Shown: positions 52,661 through 63,543, counted from the stretch's first letter. The stretch is 64,000 nt of DNA from Vicinamibacterales bacterium (GCA_965197935.1 CBDAOD010000002.1:1668464-1732463), one strand, 5' to 3'. Notes: generated by a model from the letters alone, not told the origin. Program-made: numbers and translations.

Positions 52661-55420
52661 TCAGAACTCGAGCCGCCCGGTCAGCCGTACCGCGCGGGGG
52701 GGCTGCATCGCGGTTGGCGTGCGAAACGCCGGCCCTGTCGCGACGTCCTCCTCCACCTCGTGCGTGGTGTCCCAGAGGTTGAACATGTCGAGACCCGCGA
52801 CGAACCGGCGGTCACCCAACCGTACGGCCTTCTCGAGACGCATATCGAGCGTGAAGGACAGCGTGAACCGCTGGAGGCCGTTCGAAACCGCTCGAATGGC
52901 TTCCGGCCCCTGGGTCAGATCGGGCGCGACCAGATACCGCGCGAACGCCTGACCGTCCTGATATCGCGCGACGGCAGCCACCAGAGTATCCCGGGGTAGA
53001 CGGTAGCTCCCGGACAGTGACGCCGAATAGCCGCGGTCGAAGAAGGCGCGGCCGGATCCAAAGGTGCCCGCGTTCGGATTCTCGAGCAGCTCGCCGACCG
53101 TGCCGTGGTCGTTCTCGAAGTACTGGAACCCCCGATTGGCGGCGGGAACCGCTGTGGTGGACGCGGTGGCGCCAAGGAGGATCTGCAGACGCTGCGTCCT
53201 GGGCGTTTCGATCGTGAGCTCGAGCCCCTTGTAGCTGGCCCCGAGATCGGAGTTGGTGAGCACTGTGCGATCCTGGCCGAAGCTCTCCGCGTGGCGGTCG
53301 TAGACCGGCACGAGTTGGTGGTCGGGTGGGGCGAGGAGATCGATACCCGTGTCCGGGATGAAGCTCACCGTATACTGGGAGTCGGGCACGCGCACGTTCA
53401 CGCTCGCCAGAAGCCGGCGGTCGCGTCGCGCGGTGCCAATGAATCGCACCAGCCACGCCCCCAGCCACCGCGTCTCGAAGCCGAGGATGACCTCGTCCGT
53501 GTGGGGTTGGGTCAGCTGTGGGTCGATCGTCGAGCGCGCGTCCGCCGCGCCGGGTCCGACATAGGCGATGAGCGGACCGCGTTCGCTGGTCTGATACACG
53601 CCGTCGGCGTTCGGATCGGCCCACCGGTAGACGATGCCCTGTGGCCCGGCCGCATCGCCGAAGGCCAGATGCTGGAGCGCGAGCCGGTACTGGTAGCGTC
53701 GATAGCCGCCGATGATCGCGGTCTCGCCCTCCCGAAAGTTCCAGCGGCCCGACAGGCTCCCAGACGCGCTGCGCCAGCCGATGCCTTGTGGGGCGTTCGC
53801 CGCCGATCCATCGGTGACATCGAATCGCACACCCGCCTCGAGCGCCAGACGATCGGTCACCTCGATTCGATCCGCGGCATAGAGGCCGATGGCGGTCTGG
53901 CGCCATTCCGCCGTGGCGCCGGGATAGCCGTACTCCCACACACGCGCCGGGAGGCCGTCGACCTGCTCCGCGGTCGGGCCCACGTCCAGCGGCGTCCGGG
54001 TCACGCCGCTGCGGGACACGGTGGCACCGAGCCGTGTCGCGTGGGAGACGCCGCCGAGGGTGCGCGGCATCGGCTGGACGTGGGCTCCCCCGGTCCAGCG
54101 CCATCGAGAGCCCCCCGTCGCGAACGCCAGCGCGGGCACCGGGCCGTCCCGCAGGCGCTCCACCGTCCCGGCAACCGTGCCCTCGAGCTCCGGGCGCACC
54201 CGTCCGCGCTGCATCCCGCCCTCGATCGACCACGTCGATCCGTTCTCCCGCACGCGTCCCCAGCTGGACTGGAGCTGCAGGAACCGGGCGACTTCGGTGG
54301 TGCCGCGGTCGACGAGTCGCGCCCGGCCCTCGAATGGGCGTCGGACGCGCTGTCCGGCGGCGGTCACCCGGATCTCGTCTCGCGTCGTTGGCAGAAACGC
54401 GGCGTGGGCGAAGATCGAGGCGACGCCGGTGGACAGCGGGAGCGGATCGGCGCGCTCGAGGGTGGACGCCCGCGTGACCCTCGCCGACAGGAATCCCCCG
54501 GATCGAGTCGAGCCCAGCGGACCACCGACCCCGACGCTGCCGTCGCGCCACGAGTCGAGCCGCGCGATCGGTGGAGGGGTGGCAGGGCCTCGCGCCTGGA
54601 GGCCGCTGGGAGACACGGACAGCTGCGCGCTCCCGTGCAGGACGGAACGCGGGCGCTGCGTCACCAGCGTGACGACGGGACCCGGCGCGTCCTGCTCGAT
54701 TGGCATTAGCCCGGACAGGACGGTCATGGCGCTGAACGCCGTTGGGTCGGGATAGGCCAGCGGACTCCCGCCCTGGGTCTGGTCCGTGATGTCCAGACCG
54801 TCCATTCGAAACGAGGCCTGGGTCCACGAGCTTCCCCGGCTCCCGATGAGCGACGCCTGGCCGGCGAGCACGCCACCCGTGTCCATCCGGTCGGCAAAGG
54901 TGACCGGCGCCGCCGTCTCGATCAGCGACCACACGGCTCCCGATGACGGGAACGTTCGAAGGCGGTCTGGGGCGAAGTGCGTCTGGAGCCGAAAAGTCTC
55001 TCGGGTGGTGACGGCGAGGCGGGAGGCGACCCGGGGTACGGCCTGCGCGGCGAGGTCGGCGCGGATCGCCAGGCTCTCTCCGGGCTCGAAGGTGACCCGG
55101 GCGACCGCAGGCCGATCCCCCGACCGCTCGACGCGAATCTCGTAGGAACCCGGTTCGAGCCCCAGGAGCACGGCGCCGCCGAGCGCGTCGGTGTCAGCCC
55201 GTCGCGTGGGCGTAATCACTGCCACGGCCCGAACGGTGACGACGGCCGCGGCGCTGGACGGAGGCGCCACGGTGACGCGCATCCGGGCCGTGGCGACCTG
55301 GGCCGCGGCCGGTGGCGAGAGTGGGCCGCCGAGGACCAGAACGGGTATGGCGTGGACGAGCGTTCGCGTCGCCCGAGCGATCACGCGGCCGGACATCGAC
55401 TGACGTGGCGGTTTCGGCAT
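52661..55420 (-). CDS. TonB-dependent receptor (carboxypeptidase-regulatory-like N-terminus)
   Basis: Signal peptide, LEPGSYEI, plug GSRGSSWTQ..MDGLDITD, barrel strands, C-terminal RLEF. Confidence 0.85.
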   Translation of the reverse strand: MPKPPRQSMSGRVIARATRTLVHAIPVLVLGGPLSPPAAAQVATARMRVTVAPPSSAAAVVTVRAVAVITPTRRADTDALGGAVLLGLEPGSYEIRVERSGDRPAVARVTFEPGESLAIRADLAAQAVPRVASRLAVTTRETFRLQTHFAPDRLRTFPSSGAVWSLIETAAPVTFADRMDTGGVLAGQASLIGSRGSSWTQASFRMDGLDITDQTQGGSPLAYPDPTAFSAMTVLSGLMPIEQDAPGPVVTLVTQRPRSVLHGSAQLSVSPSGLQARGPATPPPIARLDSWRDGSVGVGGPLGSTRSGGFLSARVTRASTLERADPLPLSTGVASIFAHAAFLPTTRDEIRVTAAGQRVRRPFEGRARLVDRGTTEVARFLQLQSSWGRVRENGSTWSIEGGMQRGRVRPELEGTVAGTVERLRDGPVPALAFATGGSRWRWTGGAHVQPMPRTLGGVSHATRLGATVSRSGVTRTPLDVGPTAEQVDGLPARVWEYGYPGATAEWRQTAIGLYAADRIEVTDRLALEAGVRFDVTDGSAANAPQGIGWRSASGSLSGRWNFREGETAIIGGYRRYQYRLALQHLAFGDAAGPQGIVYRWADPNADGVYQTSERGPLIAYVGPGAADARSTIDPQLTQPHTDEVILGFETRWLGAWLVRFIGTARRDRRLLASVNVRVPDSQYTVSFIPDTGIDLLAPPDHQLVPVYDRHAESFGQDRTVLTNSDLGASYKGLELTIETPRTQRLQILLGATASTTAVPAANRGFQYFENDHGTVGELLENPNAGTFGSGRAFFDRGYSASLSGSYRLPRDTLVAAVARYQDGQAFARYLVAPDLTQGPEAIRAVSNGLQRFTLSFTLDMRLEKAVRLGDRRFVAGLDMFNLWDTTHEVEEDVATGPAFRTPTAMQPPRAVRLTGRLEF

Positions 55421-55691
55421 GGGAGGGCGCCGGCGGGTCGAGTCGGGGCGGATCGTCCGCTCCCGGGAAGGCCGGATCTGGAGCACCTGAGTGTAGCCGG
55501 CCACGGGAGCGAGCACAACGAGGCGTCGGCGAGCTGGACCCGAAAGAAGTTCGTGTTCCGTGCCAGAGCGTGTATGCTCCGTCCGGTTGCCCATGCACCC
55601 AGGCGCCTGGCCCCTTCGGGGGGCGGACCGTGGAGCGTTCGATTGCCTCGACTGTGATCTATCGAGGGAATCCTTGGGGAGGTAGGGTCCA

Positions 55692-56450
55692 GTGATTCGA
55701 CGGTCGCTCGTCGCCGCAGCGCTGTACGTGCTCTGCCTCTCGCCGATTGGCGCGTACGCCCAGCCGACGTCCGCGGTAGAACCCGAATCTGCTCTGGTAC
55801 CTGGCTTCTTCGAGCTGATCACCGAGATCGGCACGGACTTCCGGAACGTCGCTTCGCGTGAGCACCTCCCGTTGCTCGCCACGGGGAGCGGGCTGGCCTT
55901 GTTGGGTGGCCTCCACGATGCGAGCATGGAGCCTGTCGGGACGTACGACACCGCCGAAGAGAAGCTGCAGTTCGGGAGCGAGCTGGGCAGCGCCACCTTC
56001 CATGTTGGCGCCTCCCTTGCCACGTATGTCGTGGCCAGGGTCATGGAGCGGCCGGCGTTCGCACACGTCGGCGCGGACCTCCTGCAGGCACAGATGGTCA
56101 ACGGCGTGCTGACCGGCGTTCTCAAACACACGATTCGTCGCACGCGCCCGAACGGCCACAACCTGTCCTTCCCGTCCGGCCACACATCGGCGGCGTTCGC
56201 GTCCGCGACGGTGCTCGAGCGTCACTTCGGATGGAAGGTGGGTGCCCCGGCGTACGCGGTCTCCGCCTACGCCGCTGCGTCTCGCGTGCACGAGCGGCAG
56301 CACTATCTCAGCGACGTGCTGTTCGGTGCGACGATCGGGATCATTGCCGGCCGATCCGTGTCGGTCGGCCACGGCCGCGGCGCGTTCGAGGTCTCGCCGT
56401 TCCTCAGACACGGCGGCGGCGGCGTCATGCTCGTGCGCGTGGCCCCCTAG
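55692..56450 (+). CDS. PAP2-family phosphatase
   Basis: KHTIRRTRP, SFPSGH, SRV...HYLSDV. Confidence 0.92.
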   Translation: MIRRSLVAAALYVLCLSPIGAYAQPTSAVEPESALVPGFFELITEIGTDFRNVASREHLPLLATGSGLALLGGLHDASMEPVGTYDTAEEKLQFGSELGSATFHVGASLATYVVARVMERPAFAHVGADLLQAQMVNGVLTGVLKHTIRRTRPNGHNLSFPSGHTSAAFASATVLERHFGWKVGAPAYAVSAYAAASRVHERQHYLSDVLFGATIGIIAGRSVSVGHGRGAFEVSPFLRHGGGGVMLVRVAP

Positions 56451-56456
56451 CCTAGG

Positions 56457-57785
56457 CTACTCTTCGGGCCGCCAGTAGGCGGGCAGACCCTCCTTCGTGT
56501 CTCGAAGGATCTGCAGGACGGCACGGCGATCGTCATCCGACAGCCCGGCGAGCGGCCCGCTCGCATCGTTCCCCGCCAGCACCTCGTACAGCCGTCGGTA
56601 CACGCGGTCCAGGACCCGCTGCGGGAGGGCATCGAAGGCTCGGCTGTACACCATGTAGCTCAGCGGATACCGGAAGAGGCGCGACTCCAGATCGAAATCA
56701 CGAAGCGAGCGCCCCGCGCCGTCCCGCGGCCCGCGTGCCGGGAACGTCCGGGCGAACGCCGAGACGCCCTCGACGGGCTCCGGTAGCGGGACCTCGTCGG
56801 CGAAGAGCATGTACACGACCATGGCTTCGATGTCGGCGTCGAGTTGGGCCAGGGTCGCTTCGGACTCGCCGTCGTGCTCGACGATGCGTGCCTCCCAGCC
56901 GACACGCGTGATGTAATTCATCATCTGCGTCTGATGTTCGAACGTCATCAGCGCGACGATGTCACTCACCGGGGTCAGATACCCCGCGGGGTCGATCTTC
57001 CCGTACAGATGGGTCAGGTTCTGCAGGCGCTCGTCGAGTAGGAGGGGCTGCGCCGGATTCGACGCGACGGCGTTCGCCCGGTCCTCCTGTTGCCCGCGTG
57101 TCGCGTTGACGTACCATCCGCCCCATCGATCCTCGAAGTCCGTCCGGTGGTCGGTGATGATGGCGCCGATGGGCGAGGGTGCGCCGGTGGGATCCGGGAA
57201 CACCGATCCGACGAACATGCCCGGGACGCCGGATGTCGCCGGTCCCTGGTGGCACGTGAGGCAGACTTCGCGGCGGGTGAAGCCCTCCTGAGGGAGCGTC
57301 TCGATGTTGGTCGTGTAGAAGATCGGGCCTTGACGCGGATCGAGCGCGATGACCTCGAGATCCGCGCTGCCGCGGACGAAGGCGACCGCGACGTCGTCGC
57401 CGAAGTAGATGGCACGCGGGTTGGCGGGGGCGATGCGCTCAGCCTGGAAACTGGTCTTCGAGAAGACCAGCGCCTGGGAATCGGGATGCGCGCCCAGGTG
57501 CTCGAGGAGCGCGGGCAGATAGCCCAATCCGTCGGGTCCGCGTTCGAGCGTGAGGTCGCCGCGACGGAGCCGCGCGTCGAGGCGGGCGACCGGGTCGTCG
57601 ACCGGGCGCGAGAAGTATTCGATTGCGGGGTGATCGACCGGGAGGTCCGGCAGGTAGGCCTGGGCTCGGTCGACCGCCGGCCGCCGGTGGCCGGCGTCCT
57701 GCGTGGCATCGAGAAGAGACGCGCCGAAGATGCAGGCGCCAAGGAGCACGGCGCCGCCGATGGAGGGAGCGGTTCCTGCCCTCAT
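56457..57785 (-). CDS. Exported single-heme (CxxCH) conserved protein
   Basis: SQALVFSKTSFQ..I...NPRAIYF, CLTCH, RWGGWYV, SDIVALM..EHQ, RSLRDFDL..RLFRYPLSYMVYS. Confidence 0.8.
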   Translation of the reverse strand: MRAGTAPSIGGAVLLGACIFGASLLDATQDAGHRRPAVDRAQAYLPDLPVDHPAIEYFSRPVDDPVARLDARLRRGDLTLERGPDGLGYLPALLEHLGAHPDSQALVFSKTSFQAERIAPANPRAIYFGDDVAVAFVRGSADLEVIALDPRQGPIFYTTNIETLPQEGFTRREVCLTCHQGPATSGVPGMFVGSVFPDPTGAPSPIGAIITDHRTDFEDRWGGWYVNATRGQQEDRANAVASNPAQPLLLDERLQNLTHLYGKIDPAGYLTPVSDIVALMTFEHQTQMMNYITRVGWEARIVEHDGESEATLAQLDADIEAMVVYMLFADEVPLPEPVEGVSAFARTFPARGPRDGAGRSLRDFDLESRLFRYPLSYMVYSRAFDALPQRVLDRVYRRLYEVLAGNDASGPLAGLSDDDRRAVLQILRDTKEGLPAYWRPEE

Positions 57786-57818
57786 GCTGGAACGGAGACG
57801 CGAGCGGACCCGGGCCGG

Positions 57819-59450
57819 TTAGTTCTGTTCCTTCTCTGCGAGCGTCTTGACCACGCAGGTGGCCGCCCGGCAATGATCCGAGTTCGGCGAGCCCAGATGC
57901 TCGAGAAAGGCCACGGTCTCGGGGTACTGCAGGTTGTGGGGCTTTGGCCCGTTCGCCATATCGGCGACGGTGTCTCCCGTCTCCGCGTCGACGTCCGCGT
58001 CCGTCTCGCCGATGCCGCCGAAGACCATATCGGCCCGCGAGCTCACGTCCGCCCCGGCGGCGACGAGATACCCAATCACCTCGTGGTCGGCGGTCAGGGC
58101 TGCGCCGTGTAGCGGCGTGTAGCCCTGCTTGTCATTGGCGTTCACGTCCGCGCCGAGCTCTTCCACCAGATACCTCACGGCGGTCAGCCGTGCATCCGGG
58201 ACGAAGTTGCTGGTCTGCGGCTCGAGACCGAAGCCCGTGGCGGCCTGTAGGGCCGTACCGCCCACCGCGGTCCGAATGTCGGGGTTGGCGCCCGCGGCGA
58301 CCAGGAACCTCATCGCGGTGACGTCATTCGACTTTGCCGCGCGCCAGAAGGCCGTGGCGCCCTCCTGCTTGATCCAGTCGCCATGGAACGTCCTGAACCA
58401 CGGCTTCTTGCCCAACCTGGCGTCGAGGTCGGCGCCGGCGTCCACGAGCGCCGCGACCAGCTCCATGTAATCGGTCTGCTCCTCGCTGAGATTCGGTGCC
58501 GGATACCAGGTGCGGGCGGCCCACTGCGCGTCGATCGTCGCATAGAGCGGCGTCAGGCCCTCCTGGGTCGCGAGATTCGGATCGGCGTCATGCTCGACGA
58601 CCAGGAACATCGCCAGGTCGACGTGGCCGTTGATGATCGCCGTCGTGATGACGCTCATCCCGTCCGCGGCGTTCACCAGATTGACGTTCGCATCGGCCGC
58701 GACCAGCTCGCGGATGACATCGGCATGGCCCTCGCGCGCCGCAAGATGCAAGGCCGTCATGCCGCCCATTACGGGCGGATTGTCTCGTCCTTCGCGAATA
58801 CGTCGGCGGTTGGCCGTTTCCTTCTCGCGATACCGGTACTCTCGTTTGACGATTTCGGCCACGTTCGTGACGGCGTTCACGTCGGCGCCGTGCTCCGCGA
58901 GCAGCTTGACCGCCGGTGCGCGTCCCAGCGCCGCCGCGAACATCAGCGCGGTCTGACCGTTCGTGAGGTCCTTCGCGTTGGCGTCGGTCCCTCGGCCCAG
59001 GAGGATCTCGACCGTCTCGATATCGCCAGAGGCACCGGCCAGCATGAGCGGCGTGGTGCCGTTCGCGTTGGTGGACTGTGGGTCGGCCCCGGTCTGGAGC
59101 AGCAGCTCGACCATGGCGCCGCCGCCGTTCTTGGCCGCCATGAACAGCGGCGTCAGGCTACCGAGGCGGGTCTGCGCCGAAACGTCGGCGCCGGCCGCGG
59201 TCAGCAGCCGGGCCATCTCCAGGTCGTCATGGTACGCGGCCCAGTGCAGCGCGGTCGTGCCGTCACCCTGCGCCCGATTGACGTCGACCTGCTGGTCGAG
59301 CAGCGACCGGACCGCGGCCTGGTCGCCACGCATGGCCGCATCCGCGAGCGGCGCATCCGCTGCCGTCGCGACCGAGACCTGACCGAGGGCCGCGAGGAAC
59401 ATGGCGGCGCAGAATCCGACGACCAGGCTCTTGCTGCTGTTGCCGAGCAT
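57819..59450 (-). CDS. Exported ankyrin-repeat protein
   Basis: Signal peptide; repeated GTTALHWAA, GTTPLMLAG, GQTALMFAA and GYTPLHGAA. Confidence 0.92.
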   Translation of the reverse strand: MLGNSSKSLVVGFCAAMFLAALGQVSVATAADAPLADAAMRGDQAAVRSLLDQQVDVNRAQGDGTTALHWAAYHDDLEMARLLTAAGADVSAQTRLGSLTPLFMAAKNGGGAMVELLLQTGADPQSTNANGTTPLMLAGASGDIETVEILLGRGTDANAKDLTNGQTALMFAAALGRAPAVKLLAEHGADVNAVTNVAEIVKREYRYREKETANRRRIREGRDNPPVMGGMTALHLAAREGHADVIRELVAADANVNLVNAADGMSVITTAIINGHVDLAMFLVVEHDADPNLATQEGLTPLYATIDAQWAARTWYPAPNLSEEQTDYMELVAALVDAGADLDARLGKKPWFRTFHGDWIKQEGATAFWRAAKSNDVTAMRFLVAAGANPDIRTAVGGTALQAATGFGLEPQTSNFVPDARLTAVRYLVEELGADVNANDKQGYTPLHGAALTADHEVIGYLVAAGADVSSRADMVFGGIGETDADVDAETGDTVADMANGPKPHNLQYPETVAFLEHLGSPNSDHCRAATCVVKTLAEKEQN

Positions 59451-59517
59451 ATGGCGTCCCTCTCCCCGAGTGACCTGGTGAGTCATGCGTGTTCGCTCCG
59501 GCGTCTTCACCCGGACG

Positions 59518-60888
59518 TCAGATCGACAGCGGCCCCGTGCTGTCTCCGATGCTGTCGACGCTCATGCCGAGCTTGTGCATCACGGTCAGCAGGATGTTGG
59601 CCTGCGGGGTCCCGTCGGGGCACCGCAGGTGCAGGTTCCCCTCGAGCTGACCGGACGCGTGACCAAACAGCACCGTGGGGACGCGCTTGTGACCATGAAT
59701 GTTGCCGTCGCCCATCGGGCTGCCATACAGGACCAGCGTGTGGTCGAGCAGGTTGCCGTCGCCATCGGGCGTGTTCTTCAGCTTCTCGAGGAAGTGCGTC
59801 AACACGCCCACGTGGTAGCGATTGATCTTGGCCTTCTCCTCGATCAGGGAAACCTTCGCCTGGTGGTGCGACGCCGTGTGGAACGGCAGGTCGCTACCGC
59901 TCTCGGGGAAGACGCGGTTGCTCGTGTCTCGGCTCAGCTTGAATGCGGAGACGCGCGTCACGTCGGCGGCGAAGGCCAGCGCCTGCAGATCGTACATGAG
60001 CGTGACGTGCTCCTCCCACGAGTCGGGCACCCCGATCGGCGCGGTCGGGAGCTGTCGTTCGGGACGCGCGGCGTTGTACGCCTCGATCTTCTGGATCCGC
60101 CTCTCGATCTCCCGGATGTTCTCCAGGTAGTCGTTGAGCCGGGTGCGATCGGTCGGCGCCAGGTCGCTTCGCAGCCGCGCCACGTCGTGCGTGATGACGT
60201 CGAGAATACTGCGGTTGACGCGGTTGCGGGCCGCGCGGTCCTCGGCGGATCCACCCGAGCCGAAGAGCTCCTCGAACGCCAGACGTGCGTCGCGGGTCAT
60301 CGGCAGCGGAGTCGTGGGCGACGACCAGCTGATCGTGTCCATGTAGAAGCAGCTGTAGTGGTAGCCGCACGTGCCGGACGAATCCAGGTTCTCGATGCTC
60401 AGCTGAATCGACGGCAGCGGCGTGTCCTGGCCGAGCTCGCGCGCGTACATCTGATCGATCGACGTCCCGTTGTAGACGTCCGACCCCTCGGTCTGCTTCG
60501 CGTGCGCAGCCGTCAGGAACACGGCGCTGGATCGAAAATGGTCGGCGCCCACCTCTTCGGGATTACAGGCGTCGGCCTGAGCGCAATCGGTGTCGCTGAT
60601 GATCGTCGTGTAGTCACGGTATGGCTCCAGCGGCTCCAGGATCCTCGAGAATTCGAAGTCCCGGCCGGAACTCCCCGGGGACCACAGATTCTGCTGCGTG
60701 CCGTACATCGTGCTGCCGGCCGATCCGTGCACGATCTCGATGGCGGCGAAGCGGCTGCGCGGCGTGGCCGCTGTTTGCCGCAGCGGCGTGCGGGCAGGCA
60801 CCATCGAGTCCAGGAACGGGAGCGCGACGGTCGCACCCATGCCGCGCAGCATCGTCCGCCGTGAAACATGTTTCTTCGTGATAAACAT
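59518..60888 (-). CDS. DUF1552-domain protein (Tat signal)
   Basis: SRRTMLRG..ATVALPFLDSM, TSIDQ, DLQALAF.AD.TRV, FH.ASHH, LLDHT..LYGS.MGDGN.H. Confidence 0.9.
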   Translation of the reverse strand: MFITKKHVSRRTMLRGMGATVALPFLDSMVPARTPLRQTAATPRSRFAAIEIVHGSAGSTMYGTQQNLWSPGSSGRDFEFSRILEPLEPYRDYTTIISDTDCAQADACNPEEVGADHFRSSAVFLTAAHAKQTEGSDVYNGTSIDQMYARELGQDTPLPSIQLSIENLDSSGTCGYHYSCFYMDTISWSSPTTPLPMTRDARLAFEELFGSGGSAEDRAARNRVNRSILDVITHDVARLRSDLAPTDRTRLNDYLENIREIERRIQKIEAYNAARPERQLPTAPIGVPDSWEEHVTLMYDLQALAFAADVTRVSAFKLSRDTSNRVFPESGSDLPFHTASHHQAKVSLIEEKAKINRYHVGVLTHFLEKLKNTPDGDGNLLDHTLVLYGSPMGDGNIHGHKRVPTVLFGHASGQLEGNLHLRCPDGTPQANILLTVMHKLGMSVDSIGDSTGPLSI

Positions 60889-60973
60889 GAAGGTGCTCTC
60901 CTCGTTCAAGTCACGCGTATCGCTTGACGAACTGGATCCGGGGCGATCGACCGTCGTTCACTTCGGCCACGGG

Positions 60974-63385
60974 CTACTCGTCGTTCGATGCCGGGGCGAA
61001 CGTCCTCATCTGGAACGGCACGCTCTTCACGACCCCCAGCACGAAGGCCGAGAAGCGGTTGTCCTCCGCCGCCGCGGCCCGCCTGATCGACCGAACCGTG
61101 GGCATGTCCCGGTGATCGAGCACGCGGCCGATCCCGTACGCGAGCAGGTTCTCCGTGAAGGCGCCGACGAACGCGTCCGAGCGCCGCAGGACGGCGAGCC
61201 GCAGGCTGATCGGGCCGTCCAGCACCGCCCCGTCGTACATCTCGGCGGCCGGATCGATGGGCAACCCGCCGTCGTTGGCACGCCAGCGTCCGATGGCGTC
61301 GAAGTTCTCCATCGTCAAGCCGATGGGATCCATGATCTGGTGGCAGGCGCTGCAGGCCGGGTTCGCCCGGTGCTCGACCATGCGGTCGCGTACGGTCAGC
61401 ACCTGTTGGTTGTTGACGCTCTCCTTGAACGGCGGCACCTCCGGCGGCGGCGGCGGCGGCGGCGATCCGATCAGCACCTCGAGGACGTACTTGCCGCGCG
61501 CCACGGGCGAGGTGCGATTCGCCAGGGACGTCAAAGTCAGCACCGCACCCTTCCCGAGTAGACCGAACCGGTTGGGGTCGTCCAGCGTCACGCGACGAAA
61601 GCGATTCCCCAGGACGTGCGGAATCTGGTAGTGCTTGGCGAGGATCTCGTTCACGTAGGTGTAGTCCGCGGTGAGCAGCTCGAGCACCTCGCGGTCCTCG
61701 CGCACGATCTCGTTGAACACCAGCTCGACCTCGCGGCGCATGGCGTGCGCCAGGTTCCTGGTGTAGTCGGGAAAGATCGTCGGCTCCGGGTGGATCTCCT
61801 CGATCCCCGCCAGTCGTAGCCACTGGGCCGCGAAGTCGGTCGCCAGCGTCTCGGCACGCGGATCCGCCAGCATCCGGCGCACCTGCCGCTCCAGGCCCTC
61901 GTCGTCACCCAGCTCCCCCTGAACCGCGACGTCGATTAGCTCCGCATCCGGTGATGTGCCCCACAGGAAGTAGGACAATCGGGACGCCAGCTCCAGCCCG
62001 CCGATTCGGTAGTTCTCGCCGGGCTGAACGTCGTCGGGGAGGCGCTCGAACCGAAACACGAACTCCGGCTTTGCGACGATGGCCTGGACGGCCGTTCGGA
62101 TCCCGGTCTCGAAATCGCCCTCCGTCCGGCCCAACCGATACATCTCCATCAGCCCTTCGAGATCTTCCGGGGTCGCGGGTCGGCGAAACGCCCGGCTGGA
62201 CAGGCCGGCGATGATCTCCTGCGCGCAGGACGTCTCCTCGTCGGCGTCCTCTGGATAGCACGTGAAGATCCGCCGCCGACTCGGCGTATCGGACACACCC
62301 GTGATCCGCAGCGGTCCGGTGATGGTCATCGTCTGCAAGTGCGGTAAGGCCGTCATGCCGGTATGGAGCGCGATGCTCGAATCCAGCAGCGTGTGCTCGA
62401 CGAGCCGATAGTGGTCCTCGACCGGTCCGTCGAACTTCGCGACGAACGCGGCCGCGACCCGGTGTGGACCGGCCGTGACGGGGACCGGCGACGTCACCAT
62501 GACGGCGGACGACTCTTCCTGCAGGGGGTCGATCGTGAACAGCCCGACCCGCTCGCCGTCCACCGACACCTCGATCTCCTGACCCTGCAGCGGCTCGGGG
62601 AGGTTCGAGCCGATAAGCTCGCCCGTGTAGTAGTAGTGAAGCTCCAGCGCGAAGGTGTAATCGCCGTCGGCGGGGAAGTTGAACGTGGTGGCCGTGCCGC
62701 CCCGCGTCCCGAACGGCGTGCCCTCGACATGCCGCATCTGGTTGACCACCTTCGGCACGTCGAACTTCGCCATCACGGGCGGTGCCTGCGGATCACCGAC
62801 GGCCTGACGCGCGATCTTGTCCGCCGCCCGGACGTACGCTTGCATGAGCGCCGGTGTGACCGTGAGGGCGTCGGCCATGTTGTCGAAGTTTCCCGTGCGG
62901 CCATCGGGCGGGAGCAGCGTGGCGACGTCCACGTCGAGCTCGAGCAGGTCCCTCACCGAGTTGCGGTACTCCCTCCGATTGACGCGGTGGAGCTCCGGCG
63001 CTCCGGCATACGGACGCGCCGACGCGGCTTCATCGATGCGGGCCTCGAGGGCCGCGGCGAGGCTCCCCAGGGTGTCCCCATCCGGTCTGGGCTCGTCGGG
63101 AGGCATCATGCCGGCCCGGAGCTTGCGGATGACCTTCTCGGCCTGGGCGGCGTTCCGTTCCGGGTGCGCGAGATCCAGCTCAGTCCAGGAGAAATCGCCG
63201 ATCTTCAGGTCGTCGTTGTGACAGACCGTGCAGTAGTCGTCGACCAGCTCCTGCTGTGCCGCGACCGACAGCGGGACGCTGCGCGCCTGACCGCCCGTCG
63301 CCATGGCCTCGACGCCGCCGTCCGGGCCGGCCACGAGGGCAGCCAGGAGGACCGCCCCGCCGCAGAGCACCGTGGTGACTCTCAT
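60974..63385 (-). CDS. DUF1592/DUF1588/DUF1587/DUF1595/DUF1585 planctomycete-type cytochrome c protein
   Basis: CTVCH and CSACH heme motifs, KLRAGMMPP, RVNRREY.NSVRDLL, ELASRLSYFLW, RTSPVARG, ENFDAIGRWR. Confidence 0.92.
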   Translation of the reverse strand: MRVTTVLCGGAVLLAALVAGPDGGVEAMATGGQARSVPLSVAAQQELVDDYCTVCHNDDLKIGDFSWTELDLAHPERNAAQAEKVIRKLRAGMMPPDEPRPDGDTLGSLAAALEARIDEAASARPYAGAPELHRVNRREYRNSVRDLLELDVDVATLLPPDGRTGNFDNMADALTVTPALMQAYVRAADKIARQAVGDPQAPPVMAKFDVPKVVNQMRHVEGTPFGTRGGTATTFNFPADGDYTFALELHYYYTGELIGSNLPEPLQGQEIEVSVDGERVGLFTIDPLQEESSAVMVTSPVPVTAGPHRVAAAFVAKFDGPVEDHYRLVEHTLLDSSIALHTGMTALPHLQTMTITGPLRITGVSDTPSRRRIFTCYPEDADEETSCAQEIIAGLSSRAFRRPATPEDLEGLMEMYRLGRTEGDFETGIRTAVQAIVAKPEFVFRFERLPDDVQPGENYRIGGLELASRLSYFLWGTSPDAELIDVAVQGELGDDEGLERQVRRMLADPRAETLATDFAAQWLRLAGIEEIHPEPTIFPDYTRNLAHAMRREVELVFNEIVREDREVLELLTADYTYVNEILAKHYQIPHVLGNRFRRVTLDDPNRFGLLGKGAVLTLTSLANRTSPVARGKYVLEVLIGSPPPPPPPEVPPFKESVNNQQVLTVRDRMVEHRANPACSACHQIMDPIGLTMENFDAIGRWRANDGGLPIDPAAEMYDGAVLDGPISLRLAVLRRSDAFVGAFTENLLAYGIGRVLDHRDMPTVRSIRRAAAAEDNRFSAFVLGVVKSVPFQMRTFAPASNDE

Positions 63386-63543
63386 CACTCGACCCTCCCC
63401 ACGGGCGTGGCCTGGGGAACGCGGGCCGCCAGCGGGGTGACTTGGCGCGCATGGAAGCAAAACAATACCCGTCTAGGATAAGGGAAACAGGCCGGCCCGA
63501 CAAGCCAAAACTCTCGGGCGGGAGCCCCGGGAAGCGGGGTGCC

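Noticed and set aside
55421-56185. N-terminal extension of the TonB receptor ORF (likewise 47184-47777 for the secreted protein)
   Set aside because: Overlaps a real opposite-strand gene; signal peptides begin at 55420 and 47778.
61440-61465. (GGC)n microsatellite
   Set aside because: Encodes the ordinary poly-Pro stretch of DUF1588-type domains.
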